From the NCBI GenBank assembly GCA_963728915.1, contig CAVSLV010000001.1, forward strand, positions 480,001-544,000: a stretch of DNA of 64,000 bases, written 5' to 3'. Source of the DNA: an uncultured Gemmatimonadales bacterium. Its GTDB lineage: Bacteria > Gemmatimonadota > Gemmatimonadetes > Gemmatimonadales > GWC2-71-9. The notes under the pieces are model-generated. The model made no database searches and was not told where the DNA came from. It worked only from the letters and a program-made list of their open reading frames with translations. This document shows positions 19,495-28,097 of this stretch, in pieces. The stretch's first letter is position 1; every line of letters begins with the position of its first letter. A program made the position numbers and the translations under genes.

Positions 19495-20255
19495 CCGCCC
19501 CGCGCGACGGGAATCGGCCGCCGCCGGTCAGCCTGCTCGACCGTATCGCGTGGTGGGGCGCCTTCGGTGCGCTCCTTACGTCGATCGGCACTGCATGCCG
19601 GGCGCCGACGCCGGAGCCGTTCGAAGGCGAAGTCACGTATCGCATGGTGGCTCCCGACGGCCGGATCAGCCGGTTCGCCTACTATCAGAAAGGCCCCAGG
19701 ACGCGAGAAGAAATCGGGGATGGTGAGACCGCCACGGTAACCATCCTCGACGGCGAGACCGGCGAGGCGACGATCCTGATTCCGTCAGCCCGCCAGTATA
19801 TGACACTCGATTTCGCGCAGATCGGCGCGCGGTTCGGTGCGATGGCGAAGTCACTCGGCGGCCCACCCACCGGACCGATGGATCTCGCCGCGATGGAGGT
19901 CACCGCGACCGGGGAACGCGAGACCGTCGCCGGCGTGCCATGTGCGCACTATCGCTTTCAGCCGGCCGATGGGAGCGTCGTATTCGACGTCTGTGGGGCG
20001 GCCGGGATGGGGTTTCTGGGTACCAGCGCGGGCGCGATCTCACCGATGCCCCGCACGTTCGCCCTGGCGGCCTCGAAGCGGCCCGAGCTGGCGGCAGTTG
20101 CCAGGAACGGATTCTTCCCGCTGAAGATCGCGATGACCGGGCGGGGCCAGACGATGACGATGGAGGCGACTGAGCTGGGCCGCCGGTCGCTCGACGGGTC
20201 ACTGTTCGCGGCTCCGGATGGGTACACCCGGCTGCCCATGCCCGGCTCACCGTAG
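19491..20255 (+). CDS. DUF4412-like lipoprotein
   Basis: GTAC lipobox-like; FEGEVTY, TGERETVAGVPCAHY, FPLK, LFAAPDGYT. Confidence 0.75.
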   Translation: MTAPRDGNRPPPVSLLDRIAWWGAFGALLTSIGTACRAPTPEPFEGEVTYRMVAPDGRISRFAYYQKGPRTREEIGDGETATVTILDGETGEATILIPSARQYMTLDFAQIGARFGAMAKSLGGPPTGPMDLAAMEVTATGERETVAGVPCAHYRFQPADGSVVFDVCGAAGMGFLGTSAGAISPMPRTFALAASKRPELAAVARNGFFPLKIAMTGRGQTMTMEATELGRRSLDGSLFAAPDGYTRLPMPGSP

Positions 20256-20495
20256 CGTTGGGGAGGAAGACTTCGTCATGGGCGCCGAGGGATTCATGTC
20301 CAGCCTCCTCCTCGGTTGTCCTTCATGCCCATCTCCCCAAAGCAGAAACTTGCCTCCGGTCTCACTTGGCGTCCTCTTGTTCATGGCAGAATCACGCTAG
20401 TCCCGTGAGCCTGGTCTACGTTTCCGCGCTGTGGACCGGCAAGGATGAAGCGGGCGAGAAGCGTCGTTCAGGTGCTGGGCGAGCGCTGGGCTGGT

Positions 20496-20533
20496 GATGC
20501 CTTGACATCTTTTCACATGATGCGCTAACATCA
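20496..20533 (+). promoter_or_regulatory. sigma70-type promoter of vapBC overlapped by two GATG-N6-CATC operators; likely leaderless mRNA
   Basis: TTGACA (20502-20507), 18 nt, TAACAT (20526-20531), ATG at 20537 with no SD; palindromes GATGccttgaCATC (20496-20509) and tGATGcgctaaCATCa (20518-20533). Confidence 0.8.
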
Positions 20534-20536
20534 TCC

Positions 20537-20794
20537 ATGCGCACCACCCTCGATCTCGACCCCCACCTGCTCCGCCGCCTGCGGGACGAGGCCCATCGCC
20601 AGGGCGTTCCGTTCAAGCAGCTCCTCACGTCAGTGCTCCGCCGGGGCCTCGATGCCGGTGCGTCCCGGACCCGCTATCGCCTCCGCACCTACGCCATGGG
20701 GTCCCCTGGGTCGCTCGACCTGAACAAGGCGCTCGCCATTGCGGGAGCGCTGGAGGACGAGGAGACGGCCCGGAAGCTCCGGCTCCGGAAATAG
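20537..20794 (+). CDS. vapB: VapB-type antitoxin (ribbon-helix-helix)
   Basis: MRTTLDLDPHLLRRLRDEA...FKQLLTSVLRRGL; directly upstream of a PIN toxin. Confidence 0.88.
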   Translation: MRTTLDLDPHLLRRLRDEAHRQGVPFKQLLTSVLRRGLDAGASRTRYRLRTYAMGSPGSLDLNKALAIAGALEDEETARKLRLRK

Positions 20795-20795
20795 C

Positions 20796-21227
20796 GTGAA
20801 GGTTCTCGACCTCAACCTGCTCCTCTACGCGGTCAATCGCGACAGCGGGTTCCATGCCCGGGCCAAAGCCTGGCTCGAGGCTACCCTGTCGGGAGACGAG
20901 CCGGTGGGGATCCCCTGGGTTGTGATCCTCGGCTTCCTTCGGATCGCGACCAGCGACCGGGTTCTCCCGCGGCCGCTCAAACCGTCCCAGGGGATGGCGA
21001 TCGTGGATGGCTGGCTTGCGGGATCGGTCGTTGTCGCCCTCGCGCCGGGCGACGAGCACTGGAGTATCCTGAGGCGGCTGCTCCTCGAGACGGGAACTGC
21101 GGGCAACCTCACCACCGACGCGCATCTCGCCGCGCTCGCCATCGAAAACGGGGCGGAGTTATGCTCGACCGACACCGACTTCTCCCGGTTCCCCAACCTT
21201 CGCTGGGTGAATCCGTTGGCGAGTTAG
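20796..21227 (+). CDS. vapC: VapC PIN-domain ribonuclease toxin
   Basis: VLDLNLLLYA, GFLRIAT, GNLTTDAHLAALAIENG, STDTDFSRF, WVNPL. Confidence 0.93.
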   Translation: MKVLDLNLLLYAVNRDSGFHARAKAWLEATLSGDEPVGIPWVVILGFLRIATSDRVLPRPLKPSQGMAIVDGWLAGSVVVALAPGDEHWSILRRLLLETGTAGNLTTDAHLAALAIENGAELCSTDTDFSRFPNLRWVNPLAS

Positions 21228-21358
21228 TCCTTGCCCTCAACCAGAATGGTGGTCGGCATGCGGAATTCTCCGAGTTCTATTCCTCCTGATGCGGGAGTAC
21301 GCCGGAGATCCCAGGGGAGACCTCCTGGGTGGTTATTTACATGCCAGGGGTCCGCGCG

Positions 21359-21676
21359 TCAGTGCGAGGCCAACCGCCCCAGGAGGGACTCGACGGCGTG
21401 TTTCATCTTCTCGGCGGCGCCACTGATGGCCTCGTCCACCGTCGTCGCCTGGTTCGTCACCACGATGGGCTGATGACTGGCCAGGCGGGCCTCCAGGGTG
21501 CAATGCATGTCGTCGATGCCAGTCTTCTGGTCGCTGTTCTGGTCGATGAGATGGACCTCCACCCGGGTGATGTGATCGCTGAAATGCTTCAGGGACTCCC
21601 GAACCACGGCGGCGGCCCTTTGGACCTGCTCGTCCCCTCCCTGGATGTTGTGATCGGTGTTGATCTGAATCAGCAT
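21359..21676 (-). CDS. HPF/RaiA-family ribosome-associated protein (short paralog)
   Basis: MLIQINTDHNI...ITRVEVHL.D.N..K...DMHCTLEAR...AISGAAEKM; RBS GGGGAGG. Confidence 0.85.
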   Translation of the reverse strand: MLIQINTDHNIQGGDEQVQRAAAVVRESLKHFSDHITRVEVHLIDQNSDQKTGIDDMHCTLEARLASHQPIVVTNQATTVDEAISGAAEKMKHAVESLLGRLASH

Positions 21677-21942
21677 TCGTCAGCCTCCCCGTCAGTCTGG
21701 TGTTCCGTCGGAATCTCCACATCCTGATCACCGCCGCTCCCGCCTCGAAATCCGTCCCTGAGGTGATCGGCCGTGTCGTTCTCGAACAGCGCCGTGAGGT
21801 CCTCACTCGTGCCGCTCGCTCGTCCGGTCAGTTCCTCCGGCGGCGGTGTCCCTCCTTCGAGCTCCGGCGTATCCGGACGAGTCGTCTCTTCCGTACGCTC
21901 GTGGTGTTCAGCGGACTCAGCGGACTTTCGATCATCAGACAT
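21670..21942 (-). CDS. Small acidic, probably disordered protein
   Basis: Strong RBS AAGGAGG; E/D/T/G-rich; stop overlaps the HPF start. Confidence 0.6.
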   Translation of the reverse strand: MSDDRKSAESAEHHERTEETTRPDTPELEGGTPPPEELTGRASGTSEDLTALFENDTADHLRDGFRGGSGGDQDVEIPTEHQTDGEADEC

Positions 21943-22028
21943 CTGGAACCTCCTTGCGACAGAGACCGTCGCCTGCCATGTAGCCTAACATCAATCCATG
22001 GAAGGTAGTCATTTTATGGGACGAAAGT

Positions 22029-22375
22029 GTGAGACAACCCCAAACTTTGAGACGCCTCGAGGAAGAGCAATCGAAGGCTGTTCCATCCTGGTTGGCAGAT
22101 GAGTGGGGGCTGGCGTGGATGGATGAGCACGCAGCGAAGTTCAGGCAATCCGTCTCCGGGCAGCACGTTCTGTACTGGAGTCTTTCCATCGCGTTCGTGA
22201 TCGGCCTGGCCGTTCAGATCGGTGGGGATGCTCTCCAGTCGTCGCTGCCGCAAGGGCTCCCGGACTTCTGGGTGACCTGCTCCACGCGGTCGGTTGGTCG
22301 CTCTGGACGGGTGCGGTCGTGCTCGTGTTCGTCGAGATCATACTGGAGGCGAAGCGACGCCAAAGGACCGGCTGA
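22029..22375 (+). pseudogene. Degenerate second copy of the 11861-12250 gene (5' end replaced, one base missing near 22258, 3' truncated)
   Basis: EEQSKAVPSWLADEWGLAWMDEHAAK... matches copy 1; identity ends after KRRQ; corrected-frame stop TGA at 22373-22375. Confidence 0.75.
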
Positions 22376-22412
22376 GGCAGATCCTTGTCGGCTCAACCGT
22401 GCCTGCAAGTTG

Positions 22413-22997
22413 CTAGGTGCCGGGGTCGCTGCGCCGGGTTCCCTGGATGGTGAAGACTCTCTTGGTAGCGGCCCCTGGCTCTTCAACATCGCCGGTCTGG
22501 GTGAAGGAGGTCGGCGTAATGTCCGACCAGGTCTCGTGCCACAGCGTCTTCTTCCCCTGGTGGGTCTCCCATTCGTTGATCATGAACTGCTTGCCGTCCC
22601 AGCTCAGGGTGATATCGTTCATCGCCCCCTTGAGATCGCAGGTGAAAGGAAGCTGGTTGTTGCACTCCATTCCCGCCAGATGGTTCGCAGTGCCGTCCCA
22701 CCAGATGATGCCGAGCAGGAAGGCGTCTACCGGGCCGAACGGAAGGCGCTCTTCTTCCGTCAGCGTGTAGCCGCCGGGGCCGGAGCGCCAGGTCTCTTCC
22801 CCCCGACCGGAAAACCCGGTAGGCATCTCGGAGCTCGGCTCGAACTTCACCTCCAACGACCACCTGCCCGAAAGCGCCTTGGTCAGACTCTGGAGCTGGG
22901 GCGCAGGTTGCGGCGCTTGCCGGGCCGGCGCCTCCGCCGTCATGGGTGGGAGCAAGAAAGCCGAAGCGGCGAGCAGGCCCGCCAAATGGTGCGACAT
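22413..22997 (-). CDS. Secreted DUF1579-like beta-barrel protein
   Basis: RBS GGGAGG; signal MSHHLAGLLAASAFL; LSGRWSLEVKFE...GRGEETWRSGPGGYTL. Confidence 0.65.
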   Translation of the reverse strand: MSHHLAGLLAASAFLLPPMTAEAPARQAPQPAPQLQSLTKALSGRWSLEVKFEPSSEMPTGFSGRGEETWRSGPGGYTLTEEERLPFGPVDAFLLGIIWWDGTANHLAGMECNNQLPFTCDLKGAMNDITLSWDGKQFMINEWETHQGKKTLWHETWSDITPTSFTQTGDVEEPGAATKRVFTIQGTRRSDPGT

Positions 22998-23139
22998 GGT
23001 GCCTCCCGGGCAGGATAAAATCAGAGCCGTGGCGTCGGGAATATAGACGAGTGGATTCCCGCAGCGCCCACACTTGCGAGGTGCGCCTCGCTGCGCGATT
23101 CTTTTGGCTCCAGTGGGCCCTCTTGAAGGGGGTGGAAGG

Positions 23140-24051
23140 ATGATCCTCAGGCTACTCGGTGGTTTCACGGTCCTCCTGAGCGCGAGCCTTTCGGCTCAAA
23201 CCATTGAGATCCCTCAGCGCTCGTTCCAGAATCTCTACCAGGTGGCCAAGGAAATCACAGACGATCCCGCCTCGCTGTACGATCCCGATCACGGTAGCAA
23301 GCCGGACTTTCCCTATCCGACCGACATCCAGACCCAGTGGCGGAATAGCATAGAAACCTATGGCAACACACTGTCCCAGGCGGAGCACCAGCTGCTGATC
23401 GACTGCGCCGGTCATCTGAACGACGCCATCATCGGCATGGAGCAGGGGTACCGGATCGACCTGACCCAGGTCCAGAAAGGGAACAAGGCCGCCCAGCCAA
23501 GCGTGGACAGTCTGTACACCGCCGCGCGCAACGACTTCGCCCAGTGCAAGGATGCCTACGACTTTGAGAATCAGCAGCCCGAGGCGCGGGGGCCCAACAA
23601 GCCGCAGAATGGCGGGCTGGAAGCCCAGCCGCCTCTCGACGGCAGCGCCGAGGAGGCCGCCCTGCCCGGTTCGATCGATTGGACTCCTGCGCTCGATCCC
23701 CTGTTCACCTACCTTGGTCGCGAGTGGCAGAGGGAAACCGTGCAGCCGAAATACGTCCCGAACGATGAGCCGAATACGCTCACCCTGCTGGTCCAGCGCG
23801 GCCAGCCCCCAGTGACGTCGGACATGTCCGGCACCTGGAGCCGGCTGTTCAACAACATCGTGCAGGACCCCCGCATGCCGACTCCGGCCTTCCCGCCGGA
23901 CTCGAAGCTGAATTCGCTCTTGCTTACCAGCGTGTTCTACATCCAAACCAGCCCCAAGGGCAACAACCCGACCGACAAGCTGGCCCGGCAGCGCTTCAAG
24001 TACTACGAGCGCGACGGCATCTTCAAACGCTACCTGAGCAAGCAGCCTTGA
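23140..24051 (+). CDS. Secreted hypothetical protein (helical N-domain, linker, possible TonB/TolA-C-like domain)
   Basis: Signal peptide ending SLSA|Q; typical codon usage; two Cys in the N-domain. Confidence 0.7.
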   Translation: MILRLLGGFTVLLSASLSAQTIEIPQRSFQNLYQVAKEITDDPASLYDPDHGSKPDFPYPTDIQTQWRNSIETYGNTLSQAEHQLLIDCAGHLNDAIIGMEQGYRIDLTQVQKGNKAAQPSVDSLYTAARNDFAQCKDAYDFENQQPEARGPNKPQNGGLEAQPPLDGSAEEAALPGSIDWTPALDPLFTYLGREWQRETVQPKYVPNDEPNTLTLLVQRGQPPVTSDMSGTWSRLFNNIVQDPRMPTPAFPPDSKLNSLLLTSVFYIQTSPKGNNPTDKLARQRFKYYERDGIFKRYLSKQP

Positions 24052-24203
24052 CGACCGTCCCCGAGGCCGGTCTCAGCACGAGGTTGTGATTCGTCATGAT
24101 CGGTGGAGGGATACCGTCATGAAATCACGAACCGATTACACCCACGTGGCATTTCCTGGTATTGAGGTCGCTGCCGCCTGACGCCACTCCAGAGGATATT
24201 CCC

Positions 24204-24836
24204 ATGCTTGTCACCAGGACGCTCCCCGTCTGGTCGATCGTAATCGCTGCCATCCTCCTCGCGAGCTGTGGGGGATCGCGCTCGGACCAGGATACCAATG
24301 CCGGCGCATCGTCGGTCCCAACCGGCCGATATGTGTCAGTGGTGAATCCGGAGCTCAGCATCCTCCTCAAGTCCGGCGGCGGCCTCGAGCTGACCCTTGC
24401 GGGAGTCGGCAAATCGACCGGCACCTACAAGGTTGACGGCGAAAAAGTCCTCCTGGCCTGGGAAGGCCAGCAGCACACCCTCCTTCGGAACGGGTCGTGC
24501 CTGGAGGATCCCCAGGAGCTGTTCGACAAGTCGTGTATCGGGGGCGCAGCCGGTGAGGCCAAGAACCAGCCGACCCGGGTCATCACCGCGCCGGCCGGTA
24601 CCTGGGTCGCCAAGAGCAGCGAGGGCGACTTCAGAATCGAGTTTCTCGAGGGCAACCGCATGAGTCTGAGCGCCACGCCTCCGGGAGGAACCGCCGACGT
24701 TCGCGAAGGCACCTACACCCTGAGTGGCGACCGCATCGACGCCACGGTGAACATGGAACCGGTAGTGCTTCGCTACGTGAACGACGCCTGGGAGACGACG
24801 TCGTTCGGGTTCACTCTCCGTTTTGTGAAGCAGTAG
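24204..24836 (+). CDS. Lipoprotein with two repeated small beta domains
   Basis: RBS GAGG; lipobox LASC; PTGRY...GTYKVDGEKV and PAGTW...GTYTLSGDRI. Confidence 0.75.
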   Translation: MLVTRTLPVWSIVIAAILLASCGGSRSDQDTNAGASSVPTGRYVSVVNPELSILLKSGGGLELTLAGVGKSTGTYKVDGEKVLLAWEGQQHTLLRNGSCLEDPQELFDKSCIGGAAGEAKNQPTRVITAPAGTWVAKSSEGDFRIEFLEGNRMSLSATPPGGTADVREGTYTLSGDRIDATVNMEPVVLRYVNDAWETTSFGFTLRFVKQ

Positions 24837-24855
24837 CTTCGTCGGCCCGCTCCGG

Positions 24856-25973
24856 TCAGTGCAGACGCCGCGGCGACCACTCCGGATCGTAGGTGCGTCC
24901 TTCCACCAGCTGCCTGGACCCCGAGCCATCGGCGTTCACGATCCACACCCCCTCGGCGCTCTCTGCGTGGCAGCCCCGCGCGAATGCGAGCTGGCGGCCA
25001 TCCGGTGACCAGGAGAACCCCAGGTAGCCATCGCACGTTCCGGGGGTGAGGCGGATCTGCTCGCTGCCGTCCGGCCTGGTCACCCAGAGCTCCCACTTCG
25101 TTGCGCCGCTGTCGTCGTGTCCCCTGAGAAAGGCGAGCCGCAACCCGTCGGGTGACCATTGGGGGCTCCGGTCATCGGCGGAATCCGAGGTCACCCGGCG
25201 CTCCTCGTCGCTGCTAATGTCCATCACGGCGATTTCGTAGTTGCCCTGGCGGTAGGCCTCGAACGCGATTCGCTTCCCATCCGGGGACCAGGCCGGCCGT
25301 CCGGCCCAGCCATACTGCTCGCCGTGGGGACGACTCCGGGTGAGCTGGCGAAGGTCCCCGCCATCCGAATTCATCACATACACTTCGTAGCTGCCGGTGC
25401 GATCGGACTCGAAGGCGATCGAGCGACCGTCGGGAGACCAGGCAGGCGAGCGGCCCGCGGTGAGGCGAATCAGGCCGGACCCGTCGGGATGGATCACCGC
25501 GACCTCTTCCTTCCCGATGTTGTACCCCACGTACACCAGGCGAGTCCCGTCCGGAGACCAACGGTAGCCGCCCGCCCCGTTCGGCTCCCTGGTGAGCTGA
25601 GCCTGCCGCGAGCCATCGGCGCGCATCACAAAGAGATTGGAGAAGTAGTCGCCCCGGTTCGAAACGAAGGCGATCCGGGTTCCGTCGGGGACCACGCCGG
25701 GCCCCCGTTCAGGTAGCTCCGCCGGGTTAGCTGGCTCGTCCCACTGCCGTCCGGATTGACCACGTAGATGTCGTGGTCCGCGCGGGCCCCGGTGTTATCC
25801 CGGACGTAGACGATCTGGTCCTGGCGCGGAGGCGGCGCGGTCCCCGCGTCGGAGCCGCCGCAGGCTGCGGGGCCGAGGGAAAGGACAACGAGAAGAGGGC
25901 GGCTGATGATCGCCGACCTGCTTCCCTTCGAGGTACGCGTGCCGCTCGAGACTGTTTCGGTTGGGTGGGTCAT
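24856..25973 (-). CDS. TolB-like PD40 beta-propeller lipoprotein; one base missing near 25688
   Basis: Repeated (PA)WSPDG..IAF motifs; N-part in ORF 25626..25982 (PAAC lipobox-like, DIYVVNPDGSG..QLT..GPAWSP) joins ORF 24856..25695; start uncertain. Confidence 0.85.
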
Positions 25974-26038
25974 CCTCCCCAAATCTACCGGGTCTCCGTA
26001 TTCTCCCGCATCACGTAAACATGCTCGAGGGAGGAGTT

Positions 26039-28084
26039 ATGCGGCGGATCGTCCTCGTTGTCGCCCTCTCGGCCTGCGCCCGGAACGCCGACTGGCCGGT
26101 ATACCAGGGCAGCGACAACCACGACCACTATGTCACCTTGTCGCAGATCACGCCGGAGAACGTATCCCGGCTCGAGGTGGCGTGGACCTACGACACCAGG
26201 GACGCGTTCCCCGGCTCGGAGATGCAGTCGAACCCCGTGATCGTGAACGGCGTGCTGTACGCCGTGTCTCCGAAGCAGCGGGCCTTCGCGCTCGACGCCG
26301 CCACCGGAAAAGAGCTCTGGAGCTTCGACCCGACCGCCGGGAAGTTCACCGGGCCAAGGATCCGCTACCGCGGAGTCGTGGTGCACGACGGGCGAGTCTA
26401 CTTCAACTACCGGCACCGTCTTTTCGCGCTCGACGCCCGGACCGGTCTCAAGGTGCCAGGGTGGGGAAACGACAGCGGCTGGGTGGACTTGCGGGCCGGA
26501 CTGGGTCGCCCGGTCGAAGGCCTGTCGGTGAGCGCCAGCACCCCGGGCGTGGTGTACCAGGACCTGCTCATCGTCGGCACCGCGGTGCCCGAGGCCCTGC
26601 CGAGCGCCCCGGGAGACCTCCGCGCCTACGACGTGAGAACCGGCGCAATTCGCTGGAGCTTTCATACCATTCCGCACCCCGGCGAGTTCGGCTACGAGAC
26701 CTGGCCCAGGGATGCCTGGAAGATCGCCGGCGGGGTGAACCCGTGGTCGGGCGTGACAGTGGATCAGCGGCGCGGCATGGTGTTCTTCGCGACCGGCTCA
26801 GCGTCGTACGATTTCTACGGCGCCAATCGGGTGGGCGATGACCTCTTCGCCAATTCCATCGTCGCGCTCGATGCGAAGAGCGGAAAGCGCCTCTGGCATT
26901 TCCAGGGCCTGAAGCACGATCTCTGGGATCGCGACTTCCCAGCGGCGCCCGCGCTCGTCACGGTGAGGCGGGAAGGCAAGAGGGTGGACGCCATCGCCCA
27001 GATCACCAAGACCGGCCACGTGTGGGTGCTGGACCGTGAGACCGGCCGGGAGCTTTTCCCGAGCGAGTGGCGCCGGATGCCGAAGGGAACCCTCCCCGGT
27101 GAAGCGACGGCCGACTCGCAGCGGTTTCCGACCTTGCCAAAGCCGTTCGTCCGTCAGCGGCTCACCGAGGCGGATCTCACCGACCGCACCGGGGAAGCCC
27201 ACGCGGCAGCGCTCAAGCTCTTCCGGGAGAATCCCACCCCCGATCCCTTCACCCCGCCCAACGAGCAGGGGATCATCATCTTCCCCGGGGTGGATGGCGG
27301 GGGCGAGTACGGCGGCCCCGCCTTTGACCCGGAGACCGGCCTCCTCTACGTGAACGCGAACGAGATGGGATGGGTGCTCAAGATCGTGCCGCGGGAGGAG
27401 AAGTCACTGTTCGGGGCCTATTGTGCCGAATGCCACGGGCCGAGCACAACTCCACTCGCGCCGACGCTCACTGGAGTGGCCGGGCGGCTGACCCGCGAGC
27501 AGATCGTGAATACGATCCGCGCCGGCACCGGCCGGATGCCGGCGTTCGCCAGCGCGCTGGGCGACACCGCGATCGCCGAGCTGGCGGAATACCTGGTGAG
27601 CGGGATGCAGCCGAAGAGCATGCCGCGCGAGGTGCCGACTTTCGTCAAATACCGGAACGCTTCGTTCGACATCTTTCTCGACCAGGAGGGCTACCCCGCC
27701 ATCAAGCCGCCCTGGGGCACCCTCACGGCGATCGACCTCAACACCGGCGAGACCCGATGGACCATGCCGTTCGGGGAGTACCCGAAGCTCGCGGCGCAGG
27801 GGCTCACCCACACCGGCTCCGACAACTACGGCGGCGCCATCGTCACCCGAAACGGGTTGCTCATCATCGCGGCGACGACCTACGACAAGAAGATTCACAT
27901 CTTCGACAAGGCGACCGGCAGGCTGCTCTGGCAAGCCGAGCTTCCCGCCTCGAGCAACACGACGCCCGCCACCTACATGGTGAACGGGCGCCAATACATC
28001 GTGGTGGCGTGCGGTGGCGGGAAGAACGGGGCACCGAGCGGAGGAACCTACGTGGCGTTCGCGCTACCCGACCTGGTGCGTTGA
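26039..28084 (+). CDS. PQQ-dependent dehydrogenase lipoprotein with an inserted c-type cytochrome domain
   Basis: RBS GGAGGAG; LSAC lipobox; QITPENVSRLEVAW, ALDAATGKELW, HDLWDRD, GGGEYGG, KPPWGTLTAIDL; CAECH plus distal GRMPAF. Confidence 0.92.
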   Translation: MRRIVLVVALSACARNADWPVYQGSDNHDHYVTLSQITPENVSRLEVAWTYDTRDAFPGSEMQSNPVIVNGVLYAVSPKQRAFALDAATGKELWSFDPTAGKFTGPRIRYRGVVVHDGRVYFNYRHRLFALDARTGLKVPGWGNDSGWVDLRAGLGRPVEGLSVSASTPGVVYQDLLIVGTAVPEALPSAPGDLRAYDVRTGAIRWSFHTIPHPGEFGYETWPRDAWKIAGGVNPWSGVTVDQRRGMVFFATGSASYDFYGANRVGDDLFANSIVALDAKSGKRLWHFQGLKHDLWDRDFPAAPALVTVRREGKRVDAIAQITKTGHVWVLDRETGRELFPSEWRRMPKGTLPGEATADSQRFPTLPKPFVRQRLTEADLTDRTGEAHAAALKLFRENPTPDPFTPPNEQGIIIFPGVDGGGEYGGPAFDPETGLLYVNANEMGWVLKIVPREEKSLFGAYCAECHGPSTTPLAPTLTGVAGRLTREQIVNTIRAGTGRMPAFASALGDTAIAELAEYLVSGMQPKSMPREVPTFVKYRNASFDIFLDQEGYPAIKPPWGTLTAIDLNTGETRWTMPFGEYPKLAAQGLTHTGSDNYGGAIVTRNGLLIIAATTYDKKIHIFDKATGRLLWQAELPASSNTTPATYMVNGRQYIVVACGGGKNGAPSGGTYVAFALPDLVR

Positions 28085-28097
28085 CGGCTCGGCGATT

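Noticed and set aside
20256..20495. Small ORFs between DUF4412 and vapB
   Set aside because: No RBS-supported ORF with recognisable features
11696..21990. Integron attC-like cores (GCGTAAC 11696, GTTAGGC 11831, GCCTAAC 21983) near short genes
   Set aside because: No complementary L boxes or attC-like stem, no regular array, and no integrase in the window
21983..22000. ctaacatcaatccatg resembling the vapB promoter end ctaacatcatccatg
   Set aside because: Short match with no -35 element, no GATG half-site and no vapB-like ORF after it; probably chance
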